Positions 36,380 to 49,575 of a DNA stretch of 64,000 nucleotides are shown in pieces (position 1 is the stretch's first letter; the number at the start of each line of letters is the position of its first letter). The DNA is from Callorhinchus milii (Eukaryota): positions 4,590,001 to 4,654,000 of the forward strand of contig NW_024704743.1 in the NCBI RefSeq assembly GCF_018977255.1, written 5' to 3'. The notes under the pieces are model-generated. The model saw nothing but the letters and a program-made list of their open reading frames with translations, was not told the origin of the DNA and did no database searches. Made by a program: the position numbers and the translations under genes.

Positions 36380-37190
36380 TGAATTTGTTTCCGCGTGCCA
36401 GAACGGGATCTGGCGCAGTACACGTGGAGCGGGGTAAAAGCGATCGATCGCGCCGCGACTTCGAAACGCAGCGTAACTTGCGCCGCGAATAATGTGGGGG
36501 TGAGTCGCGGAATGGGCTTTGTTTCGTTTACCGCTTAAACCCGACGCCGCTTGGGAGAAACGAGAAGGGACAGAGCAATCGGAGAAAATATTGCATCGAG
36601 CATCTAGCGATTCTGCTGCAGCGAGCGGAGGGAGGTTTTGACGGGTTACGCGCTGGCCCAAATAAACTTCAGTGTAAGTTTAAATGCGAGATAATTCGTG
36701 CAGGAAGTAAACATAGGAAGCACACGGACGGGATAAAAATTGCCGAGGAGGCAGCTGAAAAAGACCTAGGGGGTGTTAGTTGACTCATTACTCGACACGT
36801 CAAAACTGTGTTCGGCAGCGATAAGCAAGGCAGGCACAGTACAGAGAGCAATGAGCGTCATCACCAGTGTCAGAGCAATGCGCTTTCAGCGCTGATTCGA
36901 CGGGGTTAGTGGCCTTCAGCCTCAAAAAAGAGATATCTCAGAGAGGACCTTCGCTGAAGGTGGATGTTATTTTAAATAGGATCTTAGGAAGCAAACCCAG
37001 GAATAATATTTCCGGACGCGCGAGCCAACCCAACTGGAAGAGGATCGGTTCAGGATTGCAAAGAGCAATTCCAGGAAAGGCACCGGTAAAGGTAATTAAT
37101 TACTGCAACAGATTAGCGGGGAAGGCTGGTTGAAGCCAGGCTGTTGAATCCAGAAAAGAGCTTGACACTGCAATGGGAAGGATGGGTGTT
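36380..37190 (+). mobile_element. Ancient, CpG-rich CR1 RT relic
   Basis: Frameshifted translation QINFSVS-KCEIIRAGSKHRK...EKDLG/VLVDSLLDTSKLCSAAISKA resembles CR1 WQMEFNVGKCEVIHLG...RDLGVLV in the 25280 ORF. Confidence 0.65.
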
Positions 37191-38009
37191 CTGGGAGGAT
37201 AAGATCAAACGGTATAACACGGTGGGCTTACCATGTGGTTGAGTGCTCCACCGTGTTACCCTGCGCGGAGGGCGCTATATAAATGCAAGTTATTTTTGTT
37301 GGTTTACCGTGGACTTTGGTACACTGGCTGGGCAGACCCGTTCTGGCTTCCAGCATTGATCGCTTAGCTTCTTGTGAATACCATGCACGGGGCAGAAGTC
37401 TTCCCTGCATCTATAGTGTCAGAGCAGCGCGGAAACTGTTGTTTAAGATTAGACCTAACATGACCATTTGTAAAGAGCGCCCACTTTATAACACGGGGTT
37501 GGAGCTAATGACCCAAACCCGTTACTTTATAATGGATTCGGCTTCTACGCCGCTGAGACACTGGCTGGTTTGCCTTCTCTGTGACTGGCTTGTGGTCCTG
37601 TCAAAGTGCTGTCTGAAAGCCTCCCATTGCTTTCTGCCTCATACAAAACGGTAAGAATTTATCATTACTTTGCAAAACCAAAGTAATGATATTAATACTT
37701 GCATTTGATACGGCACCTTATCACATCATTGAGACGTCGCAAAGCACTTCACAGACTATACTGTAAAGTGAAGTGACTGTATATTTTGTGGGCGAAACAT
37801 GGTATTTATTAATATTATTTATTTGTTTGTTTGTTTGTTTATTTATGAATGGTATTGCTTTCTTTGACATTGTTCTTGGTTTCTGGCTGAAAGACTGACT
37901 CATGGCAGCAATGTGAGCTTTGCGGTGGAAATCCGTCCCAAATATATTATCATCGTCTAGGATTTAGCAAACTCTGATAAAGGTTGGAACAATGAGTATG
38001 TTTCTGATG

Positions 38010-38310
38010 AATCATAGGAATTGCAGCACAGAATCAGGCTAGAGGCCATTGAGCCGATGATGGCGGTAGCTTCTCCACTGGAGCTAACTATGGATTTCCA
38101 TTCCCAATTCCCTGTTCCTATTCCCCAAACTGTTTGATGTTGTTGCTCTTCGAGTGCTTATCCAATTCCCTTTTAAATGCTCTTATTGTCTGAGCTTCAA
38201 TAGAATGGCTACTTGTGGGAAAGAATGTTGCGTTCCAATGACCCTTCTGTGCAAACACATTGCGTCTAACCTCCCTGTCAACTCTTCCAGGGGCAATTCT
38301 GAGTTTCTGC
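38010..38310 (-). mobile_element. CR1 3' end
   Basis: gaatcataggaatt...ggccattgagcc terminus; minus ORF reads VRRNVFAQ...IRAFKRELDK. Confidence 0.75.
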
Positions 38311-38664
38311 CCCCTCGTGATGTTGATGAAGTAATGTATAAAAAATGGAAAACCTACCCAATGAGTCATGTAGGTTTGGTCGAAATTCCCAAGCTGATGT
38401 AATGGAGCCTTACAAGCAGCACTTCAGGCATGGGCCTGAGTTTATCTCTCAGTGCTGCTGCGACATTTCCTGGTTACATAGTGAGTTCAGTGAGGTCTTG
38501 GTGCATAAAAGCAGCTTTCTGTGGCTGATGCTTTTTTTCTGTAAAATTGGTTGTTGATAAGAGGTTGGGAATGCAATGCTTGCGAGCTGGAACACACTAT
38601 GATGTTTGGTTAGCAAATGAGTAGAGATTGGCCACCACATCTGTGAAACAATCAAGGAATGAGA

Positions 38665-39100
38665 AAAATCCTGATTCCGAAGATGTCAAGATTGGTGATG
38701 GGAGAAGAACGCTCCTCAGTCCATCCAATCTCATCCTTCCAGAATTCCCACCCCACCTTCCCTCCATCACAGCATCAAGCTGCTTTTTAAATGAGTCCAG
38801 TGTCCTGATCTCCTACCACCTTTCCTAGGAACCTATTCCACTCGTTAATTAAGAAAACACTTCCTGTAATCTGACCTGAAATTGTACTTTACCTTTGTCC
38901 TCTTGTTCTACCGTCTTGTTGCATCCCAAAATATTCATCTGGGTTTACTTTATCAATCCCGTTTAAAAATGTACACACCTCTATGAGACGAGGTCTCCTC
39001 TGAATCATCTTCTCTGAAGACTGGAGATCCCTAGTTTCATAGCTCCTAGCTGATGATGAAGACCATTTTGTACCCAGGCTAAATTTCTGTCTGAATTCCT
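38665..39100 (-). mobile_element. Old CR1 3' fragment
   Basis: Minus ORF 38889-39134 contains LIEVCTFLNGIDKVNP...RTRGQ. Confidence 0.72.
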
Positions 39101-42100
39101 TGGGAATTTTCAATAACTTGCAATTGTATTGCACCTTTTACAGTGTGCTTTACAGTGTCTGGGAGGGACACTTAATAGGTGATTGCGTGCATGATCAAAG
39201 AGGTAGGTTTCCACGAGGCCTTTAAAGCTGATAGAGATGTGGCAGTGAAAATGGATTTAGGGGAAGAAGTTCCAGAGGGTAGGGACATAACGGCTTAAGT
39301 TAATTGTGGAGTAAAGCGGAGGACAAGGGTAGGTGAGAGTGAGGATCTTGAAGTTGGGAGTACTCGTGCCATGAAGGGAAAATTTGGGTAAATCCGGTAC
39401 CTGGGTAGCGAGGGATAAAGCTTTCAGAATAAGTTACTCTGACATGAATTTCATCATGATTAATGGCATACGATGATGCTTTGCCAAGCGTTTGATGTGA
39501 GTTAGAGACAAAGCCTGGGACTATTGGTATGTTCAAATTTTGCCTGGACATTTTTGACAAGTCATGTAGTCGTTCACCTGCAAACCTTTGATAATTGCGA
39601 TTTCATCAGGTTAGTTGTTGAAGCATTGCACCCATCTTTCTGCTGCTCTTACATTTTCAGTTTCTCAGCACTCGAACACCTTTAAGCTTCCCACCTACAA
39701 GTTCTACGTATAAAATCAAATCCTTGCATTTGCTATGGAGCCTTGTATTGAGGAAACGTCCCAAAGAGCTTCACAGAATTTACTGTAAAGCCTCGTGACA
39801 ATGTACAGGGTGACCAAAAAGTCGGGATACCATTACAATGTCGAATAAGTCTTAAAAGAAACGATGAACAGAGAAGAAAGCCTAAAAAGTGCCATGTTGA
39901 GCTTTTGAGATGCCGTTCTTTGGCAGGAAGCAGATTTTTTGGTAATCATTAATGGGGCACAGGGTTAATTGACAGATGGCCCATCAACCCGGCTGTTTAA
40001 GTTTATTTCCCGTTTTTATTAAACTCATGCTCATGTTTCCTGCGTGCTTTACCAGTCTGCGTTTGCAAGTTCAAACCGTAGAAATACAATCCAAAAATAG
40101 AACGCAAAATGACATTTGTAAAGCGCCTTTCGCGTCAGGAGGACGTCGTGTGAGCGTGCGTTCCCAGCTGAACACAAACGCCAATTTGCACACCGCGATG
40201 ATGTGAGCGACCGATTTTATCTGGGCGGTTGTTTGGCCAGGACGCAGGGACAAATTGCCTTCAAATTTTTTGAATTGCGCCATGTGATCTTTAACCTCCA
40301 CCCAACCTCGGCACATCTGAGAGTGAAGTGGTGTTCCTCCAGCACTGTATTGGTGTGGCATCCGAGGCCATGTCGGGTCAAAGTCCCGACAGAGGGCCAG
40401 AACCCACAAGCTCTGACTAAAGAGACAAGAGGGTGTGAAGGGGTACATCATCTAGGATGCATAGGCCAAATGGGGCGATGATCTACTTCTGCTGTCGGTC
40501 CATCACTGCGCACACCCAATATCGCACACTATATATAACATTGAAATTCTGTGCATCAATTTTCTTTCCACTTTGGGACTTGAACTCATTGTCTGGGCTG
40601 TTACTTCATTGCCGGAGGTGCCATCCTTTGAACGAAATGTTAAATCAAGGTCCGGTCTACCATTTCAGGATGGATCTTTCAAAGATTGCCTGGCATTATT
40701 CCCAAATAAATAAGGAGATCACTCCCATTGACCGGGCCAACCAAACCAGACGAATTGATTGTTTACTTTGTGGCTTTTAGTGTGACATTATTGTGTGCAA
40801 TCTGCCTGCTTACTTACAAGTACACAGTTGACAGCAGTTACTGTGAAGCGCTTGTGAGATATTTTGATGCAAGGATTATAATAATGACAATAATAATGAA
40901 TAATAATCCTTGCCTTTGACACAGCGCCTGATCACGTCTTCGAGACGTCTCAAAGCGCCTTCACAGAACACGCTATGAAGCGTAGCGACTGTGCATTTTG
41001 TGGGCGAAACCGGGCAGCCGATCACACACACAAAATACACTTATTATTGTGGCGTGAGGCTGCCTTCGGAACCGTTTGCACCCACTGGATGTCAATGCTC
41101 CGATTCGCAGGCCAGACAGTTTCCCACTGTGCCTTTTCATGTCAAAATATGCCCATCATCTCTGATCATTTCTCGGTGGGCGGATCGCTCGAAAATTGCC
41201 TCAAAATGGGTGCTTGCAGCTGTAGCAATAATGGGGGCTGGCTGTGTGTCTCAAGTGAATGGTGTTGAAGCGACTGGATTTCGCATCACCACGAGCTATC
41301 TTTTTTTTTTCCACGATGAAAGCATTTTTTTTTTCACGTTCAATGCTAGCAGTCATCCGTTGCCTATAATTAGGTTGGCGTGTGCAATGCTGGCAACATA
41401 TTCCCTGCCCGATGACAGGTGACGGTGAAGAGAGATGTATTGTTTCCTGCAGATCCGCTGTGCAGTACACACAAGAGTCCCCTGCTTTTTCTCCTCTCCT
41501 CCCGCCCCCCCCCTTCAAAATTTTATGCGTCCCACCGATTACACGGAAATTCCAGAGATATTTATTGGAACAATAAATACACTATACTCAATCAGTGTGT
41601 TTTAGAATTAACCCCAGACGTGCTGCACATAGTATCGAAATAAACTTCAGCGTGATCAAACCTGGGAGGGATTCCTTTATCCAAACCTCTTCTGTCATCT
41701 TGTCTCTTGCCTAACTTGTGACTATAATAATAATAATAATAATCATGATAATCATGATAATCCTTGCATTTGATATAGCACCTTATCACATCAGTGACCC
41801 ACAAACAGTCGCGGATTGGGGGAGCGATTTATTATTTTTTTTGAAGGAATTATTACCCTTGGAAAAGTGATCCGTGGGTAATAATTATTACTATCCTCCT
41901 GGGTGGTGGGTGGTGGGAGGTAAGCGAGGTCTCCAAGGTGACATGCCTGAATGTCACCTTGGAGAATCGAGCCAACCCCCTGTGACGCTCTCTAACCCGA
42001 TTCCTGAGCCAGACGGGTCTGCGGTATTCCAGGGCACTGCTGATGACACCACAGACCATCGGCTCATCGGCAGGACTTGGAAAGTCAGACCGGTCACTGG

Positions 42101-42311
42101 GGGCAGAGAGCCCTCCCACTCAGCTCCTGTTAACCCTCCAAACCAAAGCGCATCTTAAGCACGTGATGCTTTTCCGCTTGTGTCAGACACCCGGCTGACC
42201 CCCCAAAAAAATCTCCATTCCTGGCGTGGAGCAGGTTCCCAACCCAAAGAGTTCAGTCTTCAAAACTTGTCACTTATCCTCTTAGGGTGCTTTCTGCCGT
42301 TCATGAGCCAG

Positions 42312-42451
42312 CCGTGTTATTACGCGGTTGCCCTGTACTATTTTGGTCTCTTTTTATAGTAACGTCGTGCCACTCGCTGCACTCCATGACGTTGGGATTA
42401 CCCCCCAAAAAATGGACAAAAATAGTACAGGGCAACATCGTAATAACATGG
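42312..42451. repeat. Long imperfect inverted repeat (MITE-like hairpin)
   Basis: ccgtgttattacgcggttgccctgtactattttggtc is the near reverse complement of gacaaaaatagtacagggcaacatcgtaataacatgg; inner stem aacgtcgtg/catgacgtt. Confidence 0.8.
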
Positions 42452-42807
42452 TTGTCTGGGTCCAATATCTCAGAGACCGTGTTACAATTAGTGTGGGGAA
42501 AAAAAAATTGTAGGTCGTGTCGGATTGCGACCAATGTTACTTCCTGCACTTTGCGTGCCCAGCTCAGGAAGTGATGTCAGCTTGAGGGAACTGGCTTCAG
42601 CCAGTTGCACGCACACAACGCGCAGGAACCGATGTCAACAGCAATCTGACAGCCAGCGAGTCGGCCATATTTAACACCGGAAATAGGGCGCAAAAGCAAC
42701 AATACGCCACAAGTAACCCGCGGTTTGAGCGAACCCGTGCTCAGCCGAAGGTGCGCTCAAATTGGACCATTGGGTGCTTTGCGATAGTGTTCTAAATGAC
42801 CACTTAA

Positions 42808-43240
42808 TACAACAACAACAACTTGCATTTGTTTAGTCCTCTTTCCTGCGGGGCAGCATCTCGGAGAGCTTAACGGAGGCGGAACTTGACTCCGAGCTGG
42901 GGAGAGTGGGTTGGGAGGGGCGGTGGGAGGGTGGGGGGTGGGGGTGAGGGGTTGGGGGGGCAGGTGACTGCAGGCACGGTCGAAGAGGAAGATCTTCAGG
43001 TGTCGATGGTGGAGGGGATGAGGGACTTGCAGAAGGCTGGATCCAGTTGAGTGAAGGGGCAGGTAATGGAGTTGGGGCATAAGAAGGTTGGAGAGGTAGG
43101 GAGGTGCCAGGGCATGAGGTGATTTGTAACAGGAGTGTGAGGGGAAGCACTGGGGTGATGGGGGTTCGCAGTTTGGTATGGGTGCGTTGGGTATGAGGTA
43201 CAGTCAGAAGTGGGCGGAGGTGGAGGAAGGCAGTCCTGGT
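42808..43240 (-). mobile_element. L2 LINE 3' fragment
   Basis: (CAA)n left edge, G-rich UTR, minus-strand LKIFLFDRA. Confidence 0.78.
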
Positions 43241-46200
43241 AATACTGATGTGTTTTCAAAAATGTTCCAGATGCAAAACGTAGATTGATTTCTGCCTTGT
43301 ATCCAGCTACTTGCACAGAGCGCAGAAGGTTTGAGTTGGCCAGTGAGCCCAGCCCAGGACCTGGCACAGAAGTATACTCTGCATTGTTCCTTTCAAATCA
43401 TTCTGACATTTTAATTGCACCATTTCACGGCTATGTGCAAGTGTTGATGACGTGCAGGGAACTCTGTTTGGTTAACGGGTGTGCCAGTCGATAGCCGGCT
43501 GACCAAAACAAAATGCATGAGTATCTTGCTTAGTTCATTGAGAGTATATTGTTACCGTTTATATATCAAACGTGTAAGGTAAATTGCGCAATATATTTAA
43601 CACTAGCAGCTAGCGCATGGCTAAAGTCTCATTCCAATTTGTTTATAGAAATTCTGGTCCGGAAATTGAAATGCTTTTTTTTTGGCTTCCATTCATTAAA
43701 GTTACGTTTTATTTTCTTACAAAGCCAGAAAATGCCCCTGAGCTTTGTAAAGAACCATTTTTGTGACTCACGTCAAACCCTTTGTTTGAAATTCCACCGA
43801 GTCTTAGCTTGTGAGATTAAAATTTTGTCTTCAAATTTAAGATGGCGCCAAAATGTGGAACATTCTTAAATTCAGACTTCATTCGGAAACCAATCTTCCA
43901 CGGTTCTTAATAAAAAAAGAGGCCTTCCAAGTCGAGGCTGGATTTAAGAGCTTCCTGCCATTCTGTGCGATTTTAAAAGTTTCCACAGAATAAGTTGAGG
44001 TGGAATTTTGAGCTTCTGGTAACTGGAAATCCTTCTCAGGGTTAAAAATAGAAGAACGTAAGAATTTTCCAGATGAAAGAAGAACAAGATCCATCCAATT
44101 CGCCTTTCATCATCCTCAAAGTCGTATGACATGTCGTTTCCTAAACTATGTATTGTTTCCTTAGATATCATTTCCTAACAGGAATCTATCTCATTTGTTC
44201 TTGAAGGAATCAACACTTTCTGTTTCCACTATGTCTCTAGAGGAGGCTGTTCCATACGTTTTCTACTCTCTCTCACTGAAGTAGTGTTTCCGTAGATTTT
44301 GTTCTAGGTATGCAACAAATTATTCTGCTGCTTCACGGAATTAAATGTTGACTGGAATTAAGGGTGTCTTTATTTTACGGCGTTCTCTGAATGGGGCAAA
44401 ATAATCGGAACTGTGTTCCTGTTTTGCTATTTGAAATGCTGCGGCCATTTCTAATCATTCTGGACACGATCTGCAAGGATTGGGGTCAGGAGACTTTGCT
44501 GTCAATCACGTTACCTGGTAGGAGTCAATAGATGGAACTGTCCTCGAGCTGAAATGTGTGAAAATGCTTTTCTGAGAGGTGAGGCTTTCGTATCTGCCCG
44601 AAGTTATTATTAGCTGAGGCCATGGCATTGACTTTTAATCTTACCAGCCAGCAACACTTGTGAGACTGGATGCACAGAGTCAGGCAATAGCGCCATGCAA
44701 TAATAATAATAATAATCCTTGCATTTGATATAGCGCCTCATCACGTCTTTGGTACGTCTCAAATATTTAGCGCCACATACATCTAAGCTAACGTGAAGCC
44801 TTTCTCAGGGTGTAAATCTCCTGCAATAATTCTCCAGTTTTTCACGTGTCTTTGGAAGCCAGGTGACTTATAGTAAACATTTGGACTGATCATTGGTGTT
44901 AAAATTCATGCAATGCTGTGGAACAGAGGTACTGGATAATGTTCCTCGGATGTTGTTTTTCATGGAAGCTTACACATTTTAGCAGGACATTTGGTGCATT
45001 GTTCCTGCGCCTGTGCTCCCAGTGGATTCATTCAAACCTATATCTTTGCTCTCCTCGCCCCATAATCTTCATTGATTTCCATCTCCTTTTGAATTAAATA
45101 ATTGACATTGTTTTAATAGACACTCGCACTCGCACATTTCACGTCCTAATCACTTTCTGTGTTTAAAACAAAGCCTCAGTAAATGTCCACCTTCATGTCT
45201 CTCGTAATCATCTTGATTTTTATGCCCCCCTTGTTGCCAATTAATTTACCATTGATGGGTAAATGGAATCATCTCCATTCCATTCCCCAAAAGCACAACT
45301 TCACATTTATCTTATTAAGCTTAATTTACCTACAAATGAATAAATGAAACAAATGAATATTCGCTGGCCTACCAAACGCCCTGTACAGTAAATCCTGTGA
45401 AGCTCTTTGAGATGTCCTCCCAATGTGAAATACACTGTGATAATTATTATTATTTGCTACATACCTGGCAATGTCCCCAACCTGCCTAATTGCTCCTGTA
45501 TTTCCAACCATAAGCAATGTCTTGCCAATGAATTGATTGCTGTTCTTTGCTTTCTCTCTGTCTTTGCTGCAATTTGCAAGTAATACTATTCGCTTTGATC
45601 TTTGCACCAAGTATCTTTTGTGGCATCATTCCAATTGATTTCTGAAAAGGCATTTTTACAGCATCCTACACATTACCGTTACTTTGCCCACAAAAACCGC
45701 AGTCACTCCACTTTACAGTATATTTTGTGAAGCGCTTTGAGATGTCTCAATATCAAATGCAAGTATTATTATTGTTGTTACAATTTCTAGATCGTCAGGA
45801 AGTTCCTGAAAACCCAGCACTGTCGCAAAACCTGGCCTTTAAAACTGCACGTTAAAACTTCTTGTTAACTGCCCCTGATTAGCTGCTACCTGCCTTAAAT
45901 GTTCAATAATGTTATTTCTTGTGATTATCTCCGTTAGTTTGCCCACTTCCGATGTAAGACTGAATGTTTTCTAATTACCAGGCCTGGTCCTTTACTCCCT
46001 TTTTGGAGCAGGTTCGCATTCAGCTGTTTGTGACTGTGTAAAAGGATAATGAAAATCAAACGGAAATGACTATACGTTGGGAATTATTTTAAAAAGCTGA
46101 AAAAATTAGCAGGCCTCTATTTTTACTACATTGTCAAACATCGTAACTAAAAAATAATTCATGGAGCATAATTAGGCTCTTGGCTCGATTTTTATCTCCA

Positions 46201-46299
46201 TAGTTTATGTATAATTTAGCCGATCAAGGTCTGCATCTGAGGTATTTAATTTCCTACTATTTGTGTCCAACTGCAGTTCGTTTTCAAGAAGTTTCGGTT

Positions 46300-46650
46300 C
46301 AGCCTGGCTCTGTTGGTAGCACTCTCGTCTCTGAGTCAGAAAGTTGCGGGATCAAGCCCCACTTTCGAACCGTCATCAGCCACGACGTCCCGAAACTCTG
46401 GAACGCTCTTCCTCTATCCCTCCGCCTTGCCCTTTCCCTTCCCCATCTTCAGGTCGCTCCTGAAGACCTTCAAGCTCCACCACTGTCAAGTGCTCTGGGA
46501 CTACCCTGAGCGAGGGGCAGTATATATATATGTCATTTGTTGTTTTTGATCATATGGTCGAGGCTGACATGCTATTGCAGTGCTGGGGGAGTGCCTGGAT
46601 TGCAGGAGGTGTCATCCTTTGGATGATATGTTGAAACGGGATCCAGTTTT
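46300..46650 (+). mobile_element. Deu-domain SINE 5' half interrupted by an L2 3' end
   Basis: SINE head to about 46365, L2 (PKLWNALP...tail) about 46370-46547, SINE resumes gaggctgac...ggaggtgtcatcctttggatga. Confidence 0.72.
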
Positions 46651-48283
46651 TAAGCATAAACCGATGGAAAGCAAAACATAGTCATTTCCAAGACCAGACA
46701 AAATTATTCTTTTTTGTGTTGTATTGAAAGTACTGAAAGACGGTGCAGTCTCTCACGTGCCTCTGTGAGTACTGTACTCAGCGGGTGAAATGTACACAAA
46801 TTATTATATTTAGGGCTTTTGCCTTTCGATGGAATGTGAGCGTTGTTTCTGTCCGTGTGCAATGCCCAATCGATCTTAATGTAACGCCAATTGGCTTTGA
46901 AATTTTAAAAAAAGTCTTAATTTAATGAAGACGTTCCAACCATAAATTTGTGATGAATGGTCGATAAGTTGCTGAGCGATTCCCCCAAAAAATAATTGTA
47001 GAACAGACCTGCGCAGTTTGCTGTGGGTTTTTCTTTGCTCAAATGACTCAGTTGGTAGCGCTCTCCTCTGGGTCAGAAGATTGTGGAATCAAGCCCGACA
47101 TCTAGAAGTAGAACTCGTTGTACCGGATGACGTTCCATTGCTGTGCTGGGGGGCAGGCGGAGGGGGGCAGTCCTGCTTTGTGATAAGTGCTGTTCTTTGG
47201 GTAAGACATTTAAGCAAAGGTCTTGGTTTCCTGTTCAGAAGGACATCAAAGATTCTGCTTGCCAAGAGAAGACAGTTTTTCCCTTGCGTCGTGACCAAGA
47301 GGCTGCTGATATGTTGGTCACCTGCCTCACAGCTGTTTGTGGGACCTTGCCTTGGGTAAAATGACTTCTGCACTGCGTGTCCACGAAAGGAATCAAGACC
47401 CTTCACTGCAATTATTGCAACCCACATGATCAGGCGTCGTAAAACCTGTGCGAATCTGTTTGTGTGGAACCAGTGCACAAATGTAGCTTCTTGATGGGCT
47501 GCGAATGGGAACTATCATTGTGCAAACCTTCGCATTGGGAGATTCTGGCCTTTCTTCCCCCCGTTCCACACCCCCCCCCCCCAACTGTCCCCACTTTCCG
47601 CCCCCCCTTGCTTAAAAAAAGCAGGCTAAACGGGGCGGGAGCCATCTCGTCTCGATTATCCGTTACTCGATGGGAGAAACAAGACACCGTTCCAGATCCT
47701 AAACAGCTGAACCTTGACCAATGCACAACTCGTTGGCAGCCAAATGTTCCGCTAGGGTTACGATTTGTTTAGGTTTGGATTCCTCTGAAATGGAAATGAT
47801 TGTCAGTCGTGTCCTGGAAGGAAGTTCTTTGCGTGGGCCTGACAGGCATTTATCTTCATCGCACGACTGTTTGTGGGACGCTGCCGGGCGCAATTGGCTG
47901 CTGCATTTCACGCCCAAAATATACAGTCAATTCATTTTACAGTATATTCTCTGATGTGCTTTGAGACGTCTCGAAGACGCGATAAGGCGCTATATCAATA
48001 CGCAAGCATTATTAGCATTATTATTGTACACCGCACGGGTGTTTTGGTGGTTGAGTTTCTGTTACAGCAAACAAGAGCTTTTGTGACTTCTGAAGTGACT
48101 GAAAGTTTCTGGGATTCTTTGATCCTGTCGGAACCTACCAGAAAAAAACTATTTTTGTACCGAAAGTAAATGTTCTTTTGCAGAGTAACTGTGCCAGGGT
48201 AATGTGGACCGAAGGCTATATTCAGTAGGGAGTCCAGTCTAAATATGCAACAGAATTATTTGTTTCTAATTCTAATTCTTTGT

Positions 48284-48602
48284 GGAGTCCTGTAGCTCAG
48301 TGGTTAAAGCACTCCCTTTGCAAACGAGACACCTGGGTTCAATTCCAGGCAGAGGGCGAAACCTTGGGCAAGTTTCCTTACTCCACACAGAGCCTAATAA
48401 TAATCCCTCCAAAAAACAAAACAATAATAAATTGGTCATTTTCAATCCATGACTGTTTGTAGGACACTGCTGTGCGCAATTGGCTGCCGCTTTGGCCCAC
48501 AAATATACAGTCAATTCACTTTACAGCATATTCTGTAAAGTGCTTTGAGACGTCGAGAAGAACTGAAAAGTGCGATATCAAATGCAAGGATTATTATTAT
48601 TA
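48284..48602 (+). mobile_element. SINE-A-type copy with intermediate (gagaag) tail
   Basis: SINE-A head and body; tail tttgagacgtcgagaagaactgaaaagtgcg. Confidence 0.92.
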
Positions 48603-48924
48603 CCGTAAAGAGATCAATGTAAAATGCTTGGATTTTGACATCTGGGAGGATGTCACAAAGTGCTTTGCAGGTTCCACCCCAAGGTGTAGTGACTCTGTAT
48701 TTTGTTGGCAAACTGAGGCCAGCCTGACACACACAGCAATGTCCCCTGAACAGCTACAAAGTGAGTGACTGATTTTTATATTTTTGATACCTGGGGGATT
48801 GCTAGTCAGACACCGAGAGATATAATGATATGCTTCACTGTTGGAGATATCAGCTGCTTGCTTACCTCTCCGTATCCTAATCGAGGTGGAGTGGTGAATG
48901 CGTATCTACGCACTTTCTATCAAT

Positions 48925-49575
48925 CCGAGCAAGCTCAAAAACTGGGTCTGTTTTCACCGGAACATAGGAGGTCTTAAGAGGACATCTAGCGGAGAACTCA
49001 AACATTCTGAAAGGTATTAACGGGGTAGGTTCTGAGCAATTATTCCCACTGGTAGTTAAATAGCTACTGCCATCCACTTAGTGGATAGTTTCTGTCCCTT
49101 CACCTTGCTCCCTCCCCTGCCTTCTTCAAGGCCCATCTCAAGACCCTCTTCTTCGACCAAGCCTTCGGTCACCCGTCTACCCCTGTCCTTCACTGCCCTC
49201 CACCCCTCTTGATCCCAACCCCCAGCTCGCACCCAAATCCCTGACTGTCCAGCGCCTTGGGACGTCCTCCCGACGTGAAAGGCGCTTTGCAAATGTAAGT
49301 TTGTTGTCTGATGACCTCAGCTCAGTACTGCCACTGGAAGAGTTTAGGTGGAGGTCGGAATTTTATTGAAAGCAGACGTGTGTTAGAATATGGAATGCTT
49401 TGCCAAATGCATGATTATAATTAAAAAGGAAATTGGATAAACATTTGAAGAGAAATCATATGAAAAGGGAAAGGGGAGGGAGCAGGGATTTGGAATTGAA
49501 ATAGTATACTTAGCTTTGCCGAAGCCCATAGGCTCGATGGACCAAATGGTAACCTCCTTCTGCCTGTATTTTCTG
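48925..49575 (+). mobile_element. Old CR1 3' fragment interrupted by a young L2 3' end (about 49100-49307)
   Basis: KLGLFSPEHRR on the left, CR1 3' UTR on the right, and a clean L2 tail agcgccttgggacgtcctcccgacgtgaaaggcgct inside. Confidence 0.75.
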
